Translations under genes and position numbers: made by a program
The notes under the pieces: model-generated
What the model was told of the DNA's origin: nothing
Databases searched by the model: none
Seen by the model: only the letters and a program-made list of their open reading frames with translations
In this document: piece after piece, positions 38,011-47,155 of the stretch
Layout: every line of letters starts with the position of its first letter
Position numbering within the stretch: position 1 is the first letter of the stretch
NCBI GenBank assembly: GCA_964608095.1
Contig: CAZSMK010000068.1
Coordinates: 41,742 to 105,741 of the forward strand
Direction of reading: 5' to 3'
From: an uncultured Candidatus Sumerlaeota bacterium
GTDB taxonomy: Bacteria; Sumerlaeota; Sumerlaeia; MWCT01; JAGHBZ01
Length of the DNA: 64,000 nt

Positions 38011-39522
38011 AAATTAGGGCTGATTGTTGCTGCGGTGCTGTATGCCGTTATTGTTCCGCTTCATTGGTCTGAAGGGTATATCGATTTCGGCGACGGGAAT
38101 TATATGTACATCTCGTGGCGGATGGCTAACGGCGCAACACTCTACCGCGATATCATGGCCCCTCAACCTCCTGTGCATCTGTGTCTCGGTACCGTGATTA
38201 TAAAAACCGCCAACCTCCTCAATCTCCCGGATATTTATTCGTTTCGAGCCTTCAGCCTGTTTCTCCACCTGCTCACCCTCTTTATTATGTATATTGTTGC
38301 GCGACGCATCTTCGGTCGTACGGATATAGCCTCTCTCGCCGCTATCGTCTATCTTATCTTACCCATCGGGTTCTGGTGGTCGCTGGGTTACCAGAGCGAA
38401 CCGACCGAAATTGTGTTTCTGCTCCTGATGGTCTACTTTTTTATGTCCGACAAGGCGGGTCACCTCGTCCTCGCTGCGCTTTTTTCAGCGCTTGCCGTGT
38501 TTACGAACATGACAGCCGCGCCGTACGTGGCGTTCACTGCCTTGTACGCACTTATTCGCCGACCCCGACGTTGTCTTTACTACATTATCCCCGGAATAAT
38601 TATAGGCGTAATCGGCATGTCGCTCGCCGAGGTCATAACCGGAGCGTATTTTAGCAACGTCATCTTCAACCAGGTCGGCACGTTCCCCAAAAAAGAGATT
38701 GCCAACGAGACCGCGTTCCAGTATGCGATACGCAAGATCCTGAGCGAAGGAAAAGACGTGTTTGTCTGGGAAGGCGGCTTCATACTCATGGGTGTGTTCG
38801 GCTTATACGCATTTCTGAGAGAATCCCGCCATCACATGAAAGAGTTCATTGCGTGGTTTGCTTTCTTCTCCTGGTGTTCGATTGTGTTCGTTTCTAAAGG
38901 CGGCACCATGGATTATATATTCACGCTTGGAGAGCCTTTCGTGGCGTTATTCGCCGCCTACTTCATCTGGTGGTTTTTTGCGCGCGCAGGACAATCGCTT
39001 CGACCCCTCGGCGATTTAAAAAAGATTGCGGCGGATACTTCGCTTCTCTTACGCATCATACTCCCATGCCTCATGCTTATCCTGGTGTTCGGCATAGGCG
39101 TGCAATTCATAATCGGAACACTCAAACAACGTACCTTCGAGCTCCCCGCAGATGATGTCAAAAAGGTAGAATACTATATAAACAGGTATACCCAACCCGG
39201 AGATACCATTCTCTCGCCGCCCTTTTACGCCTTTCTCACTAAACGCATCATTATCGAAGACTACTCGGAGAACTACATCTGGACTATAAAGTACTGGAAC
39301 GAGCGAATCATTGAAAAGAAACCGGGCAAAGGGGTCGAGAAAGCCCAAAAAATAGCCGCAGCAATCAGGCAAAAGCAACTTCCCCTTCTCATAGTTGACA
39401 TGAACCAAACCGGCAAACTTCCCGAAATCCGTAATGCTATAGAACAATATTATACACCCCTTCTGGATGAACCGTTCCAGACCCTCAACACTCCGCTTAT
39501 GTTCTATATCCCTGCAGAATGA
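37990..39522 (+). CDS. GT-C fold glycosyltransferase-like membrane protein (PMT/ArnT, GT39/83-like)
   Basis: 510 aa, about 11 TM. First-loop motif YRDIMAPQPPVHL is typical of PMT_2/ArnT-type GT-C enzymes. N-terminal VKMRVDPKL shared with the preceding GH gene (VKMRSDPIL). Confidence 0.5.
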   Translation: MKMRVDPKLGLIVAAVLYAVIVPLHWSEGYIDFGDGNYMYISWRMANGATLYRDIMAPQPPVHLCLGTVIIKTANLLNLPDIYSFRAFSLFLHLLTLFIMYIVARRIFGRTDIASLAAIVYLILPIGFWWSLGYQSEPTEIVFLLLMVYFFMSDKAGHLVLAALFSALAVFTNMTAAPYVAFTALYALIRRPRRCLYYIIPGIIIGVIGMSLAEVITGAYFSNVIFNQVGTFPKKEIANETAFQYAIRKILSEGKDVFVWEGGFILMGVFGLYAFLRESRHHMKEFIAWFAFFSWCSIVFVSKGGTMDYIFTLGEPFVALFAAYFIWWFFARAGQSLRPLGDLKKIAADTSLLLRIILPCLMLILVFGIGVQFIIGTLKQRTFELPADDVKKVEYYINRYTQPGDTILSPPFYAFLTKRIIIEDYSENYIWTIKYWNERIIEKKPGKGVEKAQKIAAAIRQKQLPLLIVDMNQTGKLPEIRNAIEQYYTPLLDEPFQTLNTPLMFYIPAE

Positions 39523-39681
39523 CTCCGGCAGGCGTTCCTCTGTTTTCGCGTCATCCACGAATTACCTCTTACAAAAATGCTTTCTATACCAGACCGTTGA
39601 GATATTATTTGTCTTCGCTCAACAAGAACCATACAATAGGTATTTCCACAATGCCTACAATGAGGAGTAAAAGAGACAAAC

Positions 39682-40710
39682 ATGATCAAGGTTGCCATAA
39701 TAGGAGCGAAAGGATACGCGGGCAGAGAATTAGTGCGGTTGTGTATACAGCACCCGGAAATCGATCTGGTTGCGCTCACCGACCTTGTTGATAAACCTGA
39801 ACCAATTTCGTCGATCTTCCCCGAATTGCGAAAAGTTTCCGATATAATGGTAGAGCCGACCAACGTAGAGAGAATAATACAAGACACGGAAGCAATTTTT
39901 CTTGCCCTTCCGCACAAGGCGTCGCAGGACTATGCGGGCGACCTTATTCGCGCCGGTAAGATTGTATTTGACCTCAGTGCGGACTTCCGCTTCAGCGATA
40001 TCGCCACCTACGAGAGGACTTACAAGATTACGCACAAAGAACCGGACATTGCAAAAGAGGCGGTGTATGGTCTTGCGGAATTCAATCGCGCGCGAATAAA
40101 GAGCGCACAATTGATCGGCGTTGCCGGATGCTATCCTACGGGCGCATTGCTCGGTATTTTGCCTGTCGTTGCGATGGGACTCAACATTCGTTATCCTATC
40201 ATTGTCGATGCGAAATCGGGCGTCAGCGGCGCCGGGCGAACGCCTACCGCCATCACCCATTTCCCCGCGTGTAACGAATCGCTTATGGCATACGGTATCG
40301 GAACACATCGGCATCAGCCGGAAATCTTAGAAAAGGTTCGAGAAACAGCCTGCGCAAAACAAGAAATCATCGAAATAGTATTCACGCCGCATCTGGTCCC
40401 CATGGACCGCGGTATCTTAAGCACCGTGTATATCAATCTCGCCGACGAGGTAGCGGAGAAAACCATATCCGCCGCATTTGCCCAGCACTACGACAATGAG
40501 CAATTTGTCCGCCTGTTGCCGGAAGGAACATTCCCCGCAACGAAGAACGTCATCTTTACCAATTTTTGCGACATAGGCTGGAAAAAAGTTTCCGAACATA
40601 CGCTCATTGTAGTCACCGCAATCGATAACCTTGTAAAAGGCGCCTCAGGGCAAGCGATACAGTGTTTCAACATTCGGTACGGCATTCAAGAAACCATCGG
40701 GTTTTTCTGA
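39682..40710 (+). CDS. argC: N-acetyl-gamma-glutamyl-phosphate reductase
   Basis: 342 aa. KVAIIGAKGYAGRELVRL N-terminus. Active-site GCYPT. Semialdehyde dehydrogenase fold. Confidence 0.9.
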   Translation: MIKVAIIGAKGYAGRELVRLCIQHPEIDLVALTDLVDKPEPISSIFPELRKVSDIMVEPTNVERIIQDTEAIFLALPHKASQDYAGDLIRAGKIVFDLSADFRFSDIATYERTYKITHKEPDIAKEAVYGLAEFNRARIKSAQLIGVAGCYPTGALLGILPVVAMGLNIRYPIIVDAKSGVSGAGRTPTAITHFPACNESLMAYGIGTHRHQPEILEKVRETACAKQEIIEIVFTPHLVPMDRGILSTVYINLADEVAEKTISAAFAQHYDNEQFVRLLPEGTFPATKNVIFTNFCDIGWKKVSEHTLIVVTAIDNLVKGASGQAIQCFNIRYGIQETIGFF

Positions 40711-40737
40711 TTTTGTGCAATTCAAAGGAGCGACACA

Positions 40738-41978
40738 TGGCTGTTGAGGAAATAGTACTCGAGGGTCACATAATCAGCAATCAAACACTCAACCGTGTAC
40801 TCGATACTATCACGGAAATGAACGGCGACTTCAAAATGATGGAATTCCAGATCGGAAAACAGCCCCGGAACACAAGCCGTGCAGTCATAGAAATCACCGC
40901 CCCAAACGATGAGATTTTGAACGATATTCTTCGGATGATAACGCGTCAGGGTGCGCGGCGCCGTGTTACCCGCGAAATCCAGTTTACACCGGTCGAAATT
41001 CCCGGCACTTTCCCCCTCGACTTCTATAGCACCACCAACCTCGACACTGAGATATTTTATCAAGGTGAATGGATCAAGGTCGAGGAGATAGAAATGGATT
41101 GCGGAATAAAACTTATACCTGAGGAGAAACGAGCGCTCTGCATTCCAATCTCGGAAACAAAGACAGGTGATTTGATCGTCTCCGGCAGTGGCGGCATACG
41201 CGTCCACCCGCTCAAACCTTCCGATCAACAACTGATTTTCAGCTTCATGACATCCTCTGTATCGTCGGAGAAACCAAAACATCTCTTGCTCAACCGGATT
41301 GCGCGCCAGATGTACACCATTCGCCACGAACAAAGCCCACCCGGCAAGATTCTGTTTGTCTGCGGTCCTGCACTGGTTCACACCGGAGCCGGCAAACACT
41401 TCTGTCGCCTTATCAATATGGGGTATGTGCAGACGATACTTGCCGGCAACGCGCTCGCAGTTCATGACATCGAGCTCGCTATCTTTGGCACCTCCCTCGG
41501 CATATCTCTCAAGAACGGCGTCCCCATGGAAGGGGGATATCGCAACCATCTGCGCGCAATTAATCTTGTGCGGCGCGCCGGCTCTATCAAACAAGCAATT
41601 GAAGAGAACATCGTGAAAGAGGGCATAATGTTCGAGACGGTTAAGCACAACGTAGATGTAGTTCTTGCAGGCTCCATTCGCGATGACGGTCCCTTACCGG
41701 AAGTTATTACGGATTCGGTCGCCTCGCAACAAGCCATGCGTGTTCGATGCCGCGATGCCGCAATGGTCGTTATGGTCGCCACGGCATTGCACAGTATCGC
41801 CACAGGCAATCTCCTCCCCGCCCGAATACCTACAATTTGCGTGGACATCAATCACGCCGTGGTCACAAAACTTATCGATCGCGGTAGCGCTCAGACGCTC
41901 GGAATTGTCACCGACGTAGAGCCCTTTATCCATGAACTGGTAGATGAACTCGAGAAAATTGAAAACTCTATCTCGTAA
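40738..41978 (+). CDS. LOR/SDH-like (TIGR00300-type) protein, putative archaeal-type ornithine cyclodeaminase-like; assignment tentative
   Basis: About 413 aa from MAVEEIV (the ORF track starts upstream at 40662, overlapping argC). Rossmann-like VCGPALVHTGAGKHFCRLINMGYVQTILAGNALAVHD. Lies next to argC. Family recalled from memory only. Confidence 0.35.
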
Positions 41979-42002
41979 AACTTTTCTATATAGGCGGAAA
42001 CA

Positions 42003-42737
42003 ATGATCCAAGCAATCATAGTCGCCGCAGGACAAGGTAAGCGGTTTTTGAAAGAAACATTCCGGGATACAAGAAAAAAGTCAATTGTCCCCAAACAGTT
42101 TCTCTCCATCGGGCATAAACCGGTTTACATTCATAGTATTGAGCGGCTCTCACTGATTGAACAGATCAACGGCTTTATCATTGTTACACGGACAGAATGG
42201 CTGCAGCGTGTTGAAGATGACGTAGTTCAATTTAACCTGAATAAGGTAGAGAAGGTGATTCCGGGCGGTGACGAACGACAGGATTCGGTTTGGGAAGGTC
42301 TGTGCTCTCTTCCTAGAGAAACAGATTTTGTGCTTATTCATGACGGCGTGCGACCCTTCCCGCCCCTTGATGCGACACAACGCGCTATTGAAATCGCACG
42401 CGAGAAAGGAGCAGTCATTCTTGCTCAGCCCCCTACCGATACCGTAAAAATTACCGATACAGCGATTACGCCTGACCGGAACCATGTCCAGATCAAACAG
42501 ACCGTTGAGCGCAGTCTTGTCTGGCTCGCTCAAACGCCACAGGTTTTTTCTCTTCCCCTGATTCGAAATGCTTATGAATATATACGTGAGCGCCAAATCC
42601 AGGTGACCGACGAAGCACAGGCGCTCGAACTTATAAAAACTCCTGTTTACATCGTTCCCGGTTCACCGGAAAACCTGAAAATAACCCATCCTTCTGATTT
42701 AACATTCGCTGAAAAAATCCTGCAAGAGGGTCTGTGA
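42003..42737 (+). CDS. ispD: 2-C-methyl-D-erythritol 4-phosphate cytidylyltransferase
   Basis: 244 aa. AIIVAAGQGKRF N-terminus. IHDGVRPF. Typical IspD length. Confidence 0.85.
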   Translation: MIQAIIVAAGQGKRFLKETFRDTRKKSIVPKQFLSIGHKPVYIHSIERLSLIEQINGFIIVTRTEWLQRVEDDVVQFNLNKVEKVIPGGDERQDSVWEGLCSLPRETDFVLIHDGVRPFPPLDATQRAIEIAREKGAVILAQPPTDTVKITDTAITPDRNHVQIKQTVERSLVWLAQTPQVFSLPLIRNAYEYIRERQIQVTDEAQALELIKTPVYIVPGSPENLKITHPSDLTFAEKILQEGL

Positions 42738-42825
42738 AGAAGCGTCCTCAGAATGTAGTAAGCGGAAACCTCGAGTGATCGGCGATGGGTAACGGATTTG
42801 GGGTTGATCTCAGAACAAATCAGAC

Positions 42826-42888
42826 TGATCGGTCCGCTCCGACCGATACGACCAATCCGCCCTATCCGACCGATCTGCCCGATACCTG
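42826..42888. repeat. Degenerate short tandem repeat (CCGAT/CCGATC units) upstream of tRNA-Leu
   Basis: gatcggtccgctccgaccgatacgaccaatccgccctatccgaccgatctgcccgatacc. The reverse-strand reading gives the GRIGRIGRIGR low-complexity frame. Confidence 0.5.
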
Positions 42889-43001
42889 AGATTCTCCCCA
42901 CTAATCTCCCTGTTTCCCGCCTCCAACTTAAATGCCCGCCTCACTTCCTTCCCGCTTGACCCTTAGCAACGCTCTGTGTTATAAAATATTACTTCCTTTG
43001 T

Positions 43002-43090
43002 GCCGGAGTGGTGGAATTGGCAGACGCGCCGGACTCAAAATCCGGTGGGGTTCACCCCCCGTGAGGGTTCGATTCCCTCCTCCGGCACCA
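43002..43090 (+). tRNA. tRNA-Leu (anticodon CAA), class II with long variable arm, genomically encoded CCA
   Basis: Acceptor gccggag/ctccggc. D-arm gtgg..aattggcag. Anticodon stem ccgga/tccgg with loop ctCAAaa. Variable arm tggggttcacccccgtg. T-arm agggttcgattccct. Ends ..a-cca. Confidence 0.9.
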
Positions 43091-43513
43091 GATTTGTTTA
43101 TACCTGTCCGAGCAAAGTGTGCCCGAGGCAGAGCATGTAAGCTCAAAGGTACCCCCCTTAATAGAAAAACCTCTTCCGTGACAGGTTCTTATACGTATTT
43201 GATAATGTGTAGGAAACGTTAGGCGCATTATGCCATCGTGTAAGAGCACATTTTCTATTGACGAGAGAAGGTCTGGGGTGATTAAATGGAAATGAAAACC
43301 ATTTTCAATAAGACAATGCGCTCAGTCCTTTGCAGTGCGAAATTGTCTTAGTTGTTTAGATAAACGACTTTATCATAATAGCACGGGTTACTTTTGACAA
43401 AGAGATAGCAAGGCGAGAAAATATAATATAACAAAACGATGCAGGGCTTTAACACCGGAGCTCTTTTACTTTACACATCGTTTAAAGAGAGTAACATATT
43501 TAGGGAGGAGTGA

Positions 43514-44443
43514 GTGATTATGCGAAATCACCACAAAAACGTTTTAGCCGGCACGATGAGGGTATCGGCTATTCATACCGGGTGGATGAAAAGAATGACG
43601 CTGCTTTCCTCGATGTGCCTGCTCGCTATCGCTATTACACTCAGTTCTTTTGCCGAACAGGCGTTTAAAACGCGCTCTTCTACAACCACTGCAACACAAG
43701 GGCTTACCTCATTAACCATTACTATCGTTTATGACAACAACGAGTATGACAGGCGATTAGAGACCGCCTGGGGCTTTTCCTGCCTGGTGGAGGGATTGGA
43801 AAAAACCATCCTGTTCGACACGGGCGGCGAGAGCTCGATGTTGCTTTCCAATATGGATACACTCGGGCTTGACCCGCAGAACGTGGACGTAATCGTCATT
43901 TCACACCGTCATTATGACCACGTCGGTGGCTTGTCCGGCTTCCTGGAAAAAAACCACAACCTTACTGTCTACTTACCCGAGTCCGTTCCTCAAAACGTCA
44001 AGACCAACGTAAGTCAGTCAGGTGCACACCTTATCGAGGTTCATAATCCGACAAAGATATGCGAAAATGTATATTCAACAGGAGAACTGGGAACCGATAT
44101 ACAAGAACAATCACTAATACTCACAACAAGCCATGGCTTGATCGTGATAACCGGCTGTGCCCATCCCGGTGTCGCACACATAGTCAAAGAAGCCAGGAGA
44201 CAGTTACAACGCGATGTCTATTTAGTTCTGGGAGGGTTTCACCTCTCAGGAACGTCCGCCGGGAAAATAAAAGACATCGTTAATAAAATCAAGCAAGAAG
44301 AAGTTGAATTTGTAGCTCCTTGCCACTGTTCCGGTGATCTCGCTCGGAATCTCTTTAAGGAGGCGTATGGTAAAAATTTTATCCAGGCAGGCGTAGGTAA
44401 AAAGATAGAGATAGATTTCAGTAAGGCGATTACAGAAAAATGA
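43514..44443 (+). CDS. Secreted MBL-fold metallo-hydrolase
   Basis: 309 aa. Signal peptide. HRHYDHVGG (HxHxDH). Downstream conserved H/D (GCAHPG, CHCSGD). The ATG at 43520 is the better-spaced start after GGGAGGAG. Confidence 0.65.
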   Translation: MIMRNHHKNVLAGTMRVSAIHTGWMKRMTLLSSMCLLAIAITLSSFAEQAFKTRSSTTTATQGLTSLTITIVYDNNEYDRRLETAWGFSCLVEGLEKTILFDTGGESSMLLSNMDTLGLDPQNVDVIVISHRHYDHVGGLSGFLEKNHNLTVYLPESVPQNVKTNVSQSGAHLIEVHNPTKICENVYSTGELGTDIQEQSLILTTSHGLIVITGCAHPGVAHIVKEARRQLQRDVYLVLGGFHLSGTSAGKIKDIVNKIKQEEVEFVAPCHCSGDLARNLFKEAYGKNFIQAGVGKKIEIDFSKAITEK

Positions 44444-44497
44444 GATGTACCCGTCACCTTCACAAGGAGAAACACTCGTAAGAAAGGAATCTATGCC

Positions 44498-45520
44498 TTG
44501 ATACAAAACTTACTTCAACAAAAAGTACATAGCGCCCGAGATGAAGGTATGCGCCTCGTCGCTCCCCTACTCGGATATCCGGGACTCAATATGACGGGAA
44601 GTACGGTCAAGCTTGCCCAGCAGAACTTCGGCGAACATTTCCGCGTGATCAAGTCTATTGCGGAACGGTTCGAACCGGATTTGATTTTTCCCTTGATGGA
44701 CTTGTCCGTTGAAGCAAATGCATTGGGTCGCTATACCATCTTTCCACAGTTGGAAACACCCGTGGTAGTCAAGGCTACATTTTCGCTCGATGAGCTGAAC
44801 CAAAGGGAGGACATCAATATCTCTTTCGATACACGACTTCTCGGCTATGTCGAGACCATGAAGCTAATGTGCATCGGTCTCCAGGATTCAATCATGAAGG
44901 GAGCATACGTCACCGGCCCCTATTCTCTTGCCGCGCTCATCATGGGCTCCGACGATGCGGCGATTGCGACTGTCATGCGACCCGATGAACTTCATACCGT
45001 CTGTCAATTTACCACAGAGAAAATACAGGAATACGTGAGCCTCCTCATCGCGGCGGGTGCACAAGTCATTTGCATTCTCGAACCGAGCGCTGTCATGCTC
45101 GGGCCACAGCCCTTTTCCGAGTTTTCTGCACGATATGTGCACCACATCATTGAAAGCTGCAAGTACACCGGCGTAGCCACGATTTACCATACCTGTGGAA
45201 ATACGATGCACTTATTGGACAAAATGGTTGAGTCCGGCGTGACCGCCTTAAGCCTTGATTCTGAAGCCATCGGCGTAGACCTTCCTGCCGTTGCAAAGAA
45301 GCTGCCGCCTGATGTCATCATCATGGGCAACGTGAATCCCACGGGTGTCATTCTCAACGGTTCGCCCCGGGATGTAGAAGCAGAAGTGAGCGACCTCCTG
45401 CAACGGATGGCATCCTATCCGAACTTTATCCTCAGCACCGGGTGTGACCTGCCTCAGGATGTTCCATTGGAGAATATCGACGCATTCATGCGCGCGGGCA
45501 GGCACTACCGCATGAATTGA
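44498..45520 (+). CDS. Uroporphyrinogen-decarboxylase-family protein, MtaA/CmuA-like (putative corrinoid-dependent methyltransferase)
   Basis: 340 aa. URO-D fold length and spacing. Lacks the HemE RQAGR motif. N-terminal region resembles the MT2 (methylcobamide:CoM methyltransferase) subfamily. Confidence 0.6.
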   Translation: MIQNLLQQKVHSARDEGMRLVAPLLGYPGLNMTGSTVKLAQQNFGEHFRVIKSIAERFEPDLIFPLMDLSVEANALGRYTIFPQLETPVVVKATFSLDELNQREDINISFDTRLLGYVETMKLMCIGLQDSIMKGAYVTGPYSLAALIMGSDDAAIATVMRPDELHTVCQFTTEKIQEYVSLLIAAGAQVICILEPSAVMLGPQPFSEFSARYVHHIIESCKYTGVATIYHTCGNTMHLLDKMVESGVTALSLDSEAIGVDLPAVAKKLPPDVIIMGNVNPTGVILNGSPRDVEAEVSDLLQRMASYPNFILSTGCDLPQDVPLENIDAFMRAGRHYRMN

Positions 45521-45600
45521 TAATACGGCAGACACAACCGAACCGGCTTAAAAGGTTTCTTATAAGGATGCATTTACCTTGAAGCAAAGGAGGTCAAGAC

Positions 45601-45867
45601 ATGATTGAAGTAAAAAAGAGAACCGACAACGAATTTTTAGTGACCGTAAGTGATGAGGGCACCAGAACTGAGCATATCGTAACGTTAGACGATGCGTATT
45701 ATGAAGATTTAACCGGTGGTAAAATAACCAGAGAAGAACTTATTAAAAGGGCGTTTCAATTTCTATTGGAAAGAGAATCAAACCAATCCATCCTTTCAAA
45801 ATTCAACTTGAAAGTCATAAACACTTATTTCCCGGAATTTGAGCATGAGATACGCTTGAATAAGTAA
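45601..45867 (+). CDS. Hypothetical small protein
   Basis: 88 aa. AAGGAGG 7 nt upstream. No recognisable motif. Confidence 0.35.
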   Translation: MIEVKKRTDNEFLVTVSDEGTRTEHIVTLDDAYYEDLTGGKITREELIKRAFQFLLERESNQSILSKFNLKVINTYFPEFEHEIRLNK

Positions 45868-45975
45868 GGCAAGAATAAAGGGATATGGAAAATAACAGCG
45901 ATCATAAATTGAAATGAATAATTGTTATTGGTTTTATCGAAAGCCTTCAATTGAAAGATTCGAGGAAATCAGCAC

Positions 45976-46674
45976 ATGTGTAGTTACTATCCAAAATCAA
46001 AAGTCCAGATTAAGGGATTTTTCGCACGTCATTATGATGCTCTATTGAATATATTCACCGCCGGCTTATACCCTTCGTTCATAAAAAAAGCGGTTGAAAA
46101 AATGCACATCAACCCTTCCGACAGAATTCTTGATTTAGGTGCAGGCACCGGAAGAAACGCTTGTTTAATGATGAAATATCTCTCCCCGGACGGTGAATTA
46201 ATTGCACTCGATATATCAAAGGAAATGATTTCACAATTCAAAAAGAAATGCGCGCGTTTCCCTAATGCTCGTATCATCAAGGCAAGAATCGACAAATCTT
46301 TAGACTGGAGTGATGCGTTCGATAAAGTTTTTATTTCTTTTGTTCTTCACGGCTTTCCTCAGGAGGTCAGAGAACAGATTATAAAGAACGCCTTTACTGC
46401 TTTAAAACCCGGGGGAGAATTTTTCATTCTCGACTATAACGAGTTCTCGCTCGAGAAAAAGCCCTTTTATATACGGATTCCCTTTAAATCTTTTGAATGC
46501 CCTTACGCCTTTGATTTTATTGAAAAAGATTGGAAGCATCTATTAGGGGAAGAGGGTTTCGGTAAGTTCGAGGAGCATCTGTTTTTCGCAAAATCTGTAC
46601 GGCTGCTCAAGGCACAGAAAATACCCCTTAGACAAGACTATTCCGATGATTTTACCAGAAAGGAAACAATATGA
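45976..46674 (+). CDS. Class I SAM-dependent methyltransferase (UbiE/COQ5-like)
   Basis: 232 aa. Motif I ILDLGAGTGRN. Post-II LKPGGEFFILDY. UbiE-like YD.L.N.F..G N-terminal pattern. Confidence 0.7.
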   Translation: MCSYYPKSKVQIKGFFARHYDALLNIFTAGLYPSFIKKAVEKMHINPSDRILDLGAGTGRNACLMMKYLSPDGELIALDISKEMISQFKKKCARFPNARIIKARIDKSLDWSDAFDKVFISFVLHGFPQEVREQIIKNAFTALKPGGEFFILDYNEFSLEKKPFYIRIPFKSFECPYAFDFIEKDWKHLLGEEGFGKFEEHLFFAKSVRLLKAQKIPLRQDYSDDFTRKETI

Positions 46675-47087
46675 AGAACAGCGAACAAGGGTTTGAATTG
46701 TCAGTAGCTTTTGGCACAGACGACGGCAGGCATCTGAACAAAGATCATGTGGGAATGGCGAAGTATTTTTACGTTTACAAGTTTACTGATTCTAAAGAGG
46801 AATTCATTGAGCACAGAGAGAACAAGAAGTATAAGGGCGACGAATCGATGAAACACGGAGATCCCAAAAAAGCTAAAGCAACCGCCTCCGTGTTAGAAAA
46901 TGTCGATGTCATAGTCGGAAGACGATTTGGCCCCAACATAACAAGGTTACTAAAGAATTTTTCCTGCGTAATTGCGCGGGTAGATAGAATAGACGAGGCA
47001 ATCCCAATTATACACGATAACATCGAATTGATAATAGTGGAATGCAACAAGGTGGAAGATAGAAAACATTTGGTGCTGAGTGTTTGA
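46671..47087 (+). CDS. NifX/NifB-C-terminal-like dinitrogenase FeMo-cofactor-binding domain protein
   Basis: 138 aa. HVGMAKYFYVY ... VDVIVGRRFGPNITRLLKNFSCVIA matches the Nitro_FeMo-Co domain pattern. ATGA overlap with the upstream MTase. Confidence 0.6.
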   Translation: MKNSEQGFELSVAFGTDDGRHLNKDHVGMAKYFYVYKFTDSKEEFIEHRENKKYKGDESMKHGDPKKAKATASVLENVDVIVGRRFGPNITRLLKNFSCVIARVDRIDEAIPIIHDNIELIIVECNKVEDRKHLVLSV

Positions 47088-47155
47088 AAACACATCTTTA
47101 CCGGCTCAAGAAATGAGAAATTTGATAATATCGTCACCAGCGGAAGGAGGAAACG

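Noticed and set aside
42932-43249. 96-aa and 65-aa ORFs around 43.0-43.2 kb
   Set aside because: Both overlap the tRNA-Leu gene and its flanks. The tRNA cloverleaf is unambiguous, so these are not coding
43091-43513. Integrase, att-repeat or phage remnant next to tRNA-Leu
   Set aside because: No ORF with integrase or recombinase motifs, and no copy of the tRNA 3' end, was seen downstream. The island call rests only on composition and gene content, and is reported as a finding with that caveat
47088-47155. TPP riboswitch upstream of the thiD fusion/tenA, and likewise 43.1-43.5 kb
   Set aside because: The conserved CTGAGA / ACCTGATC.GGATAATGCC.GCG.AGGGA core is absent. The intergenic region is only 68 nt
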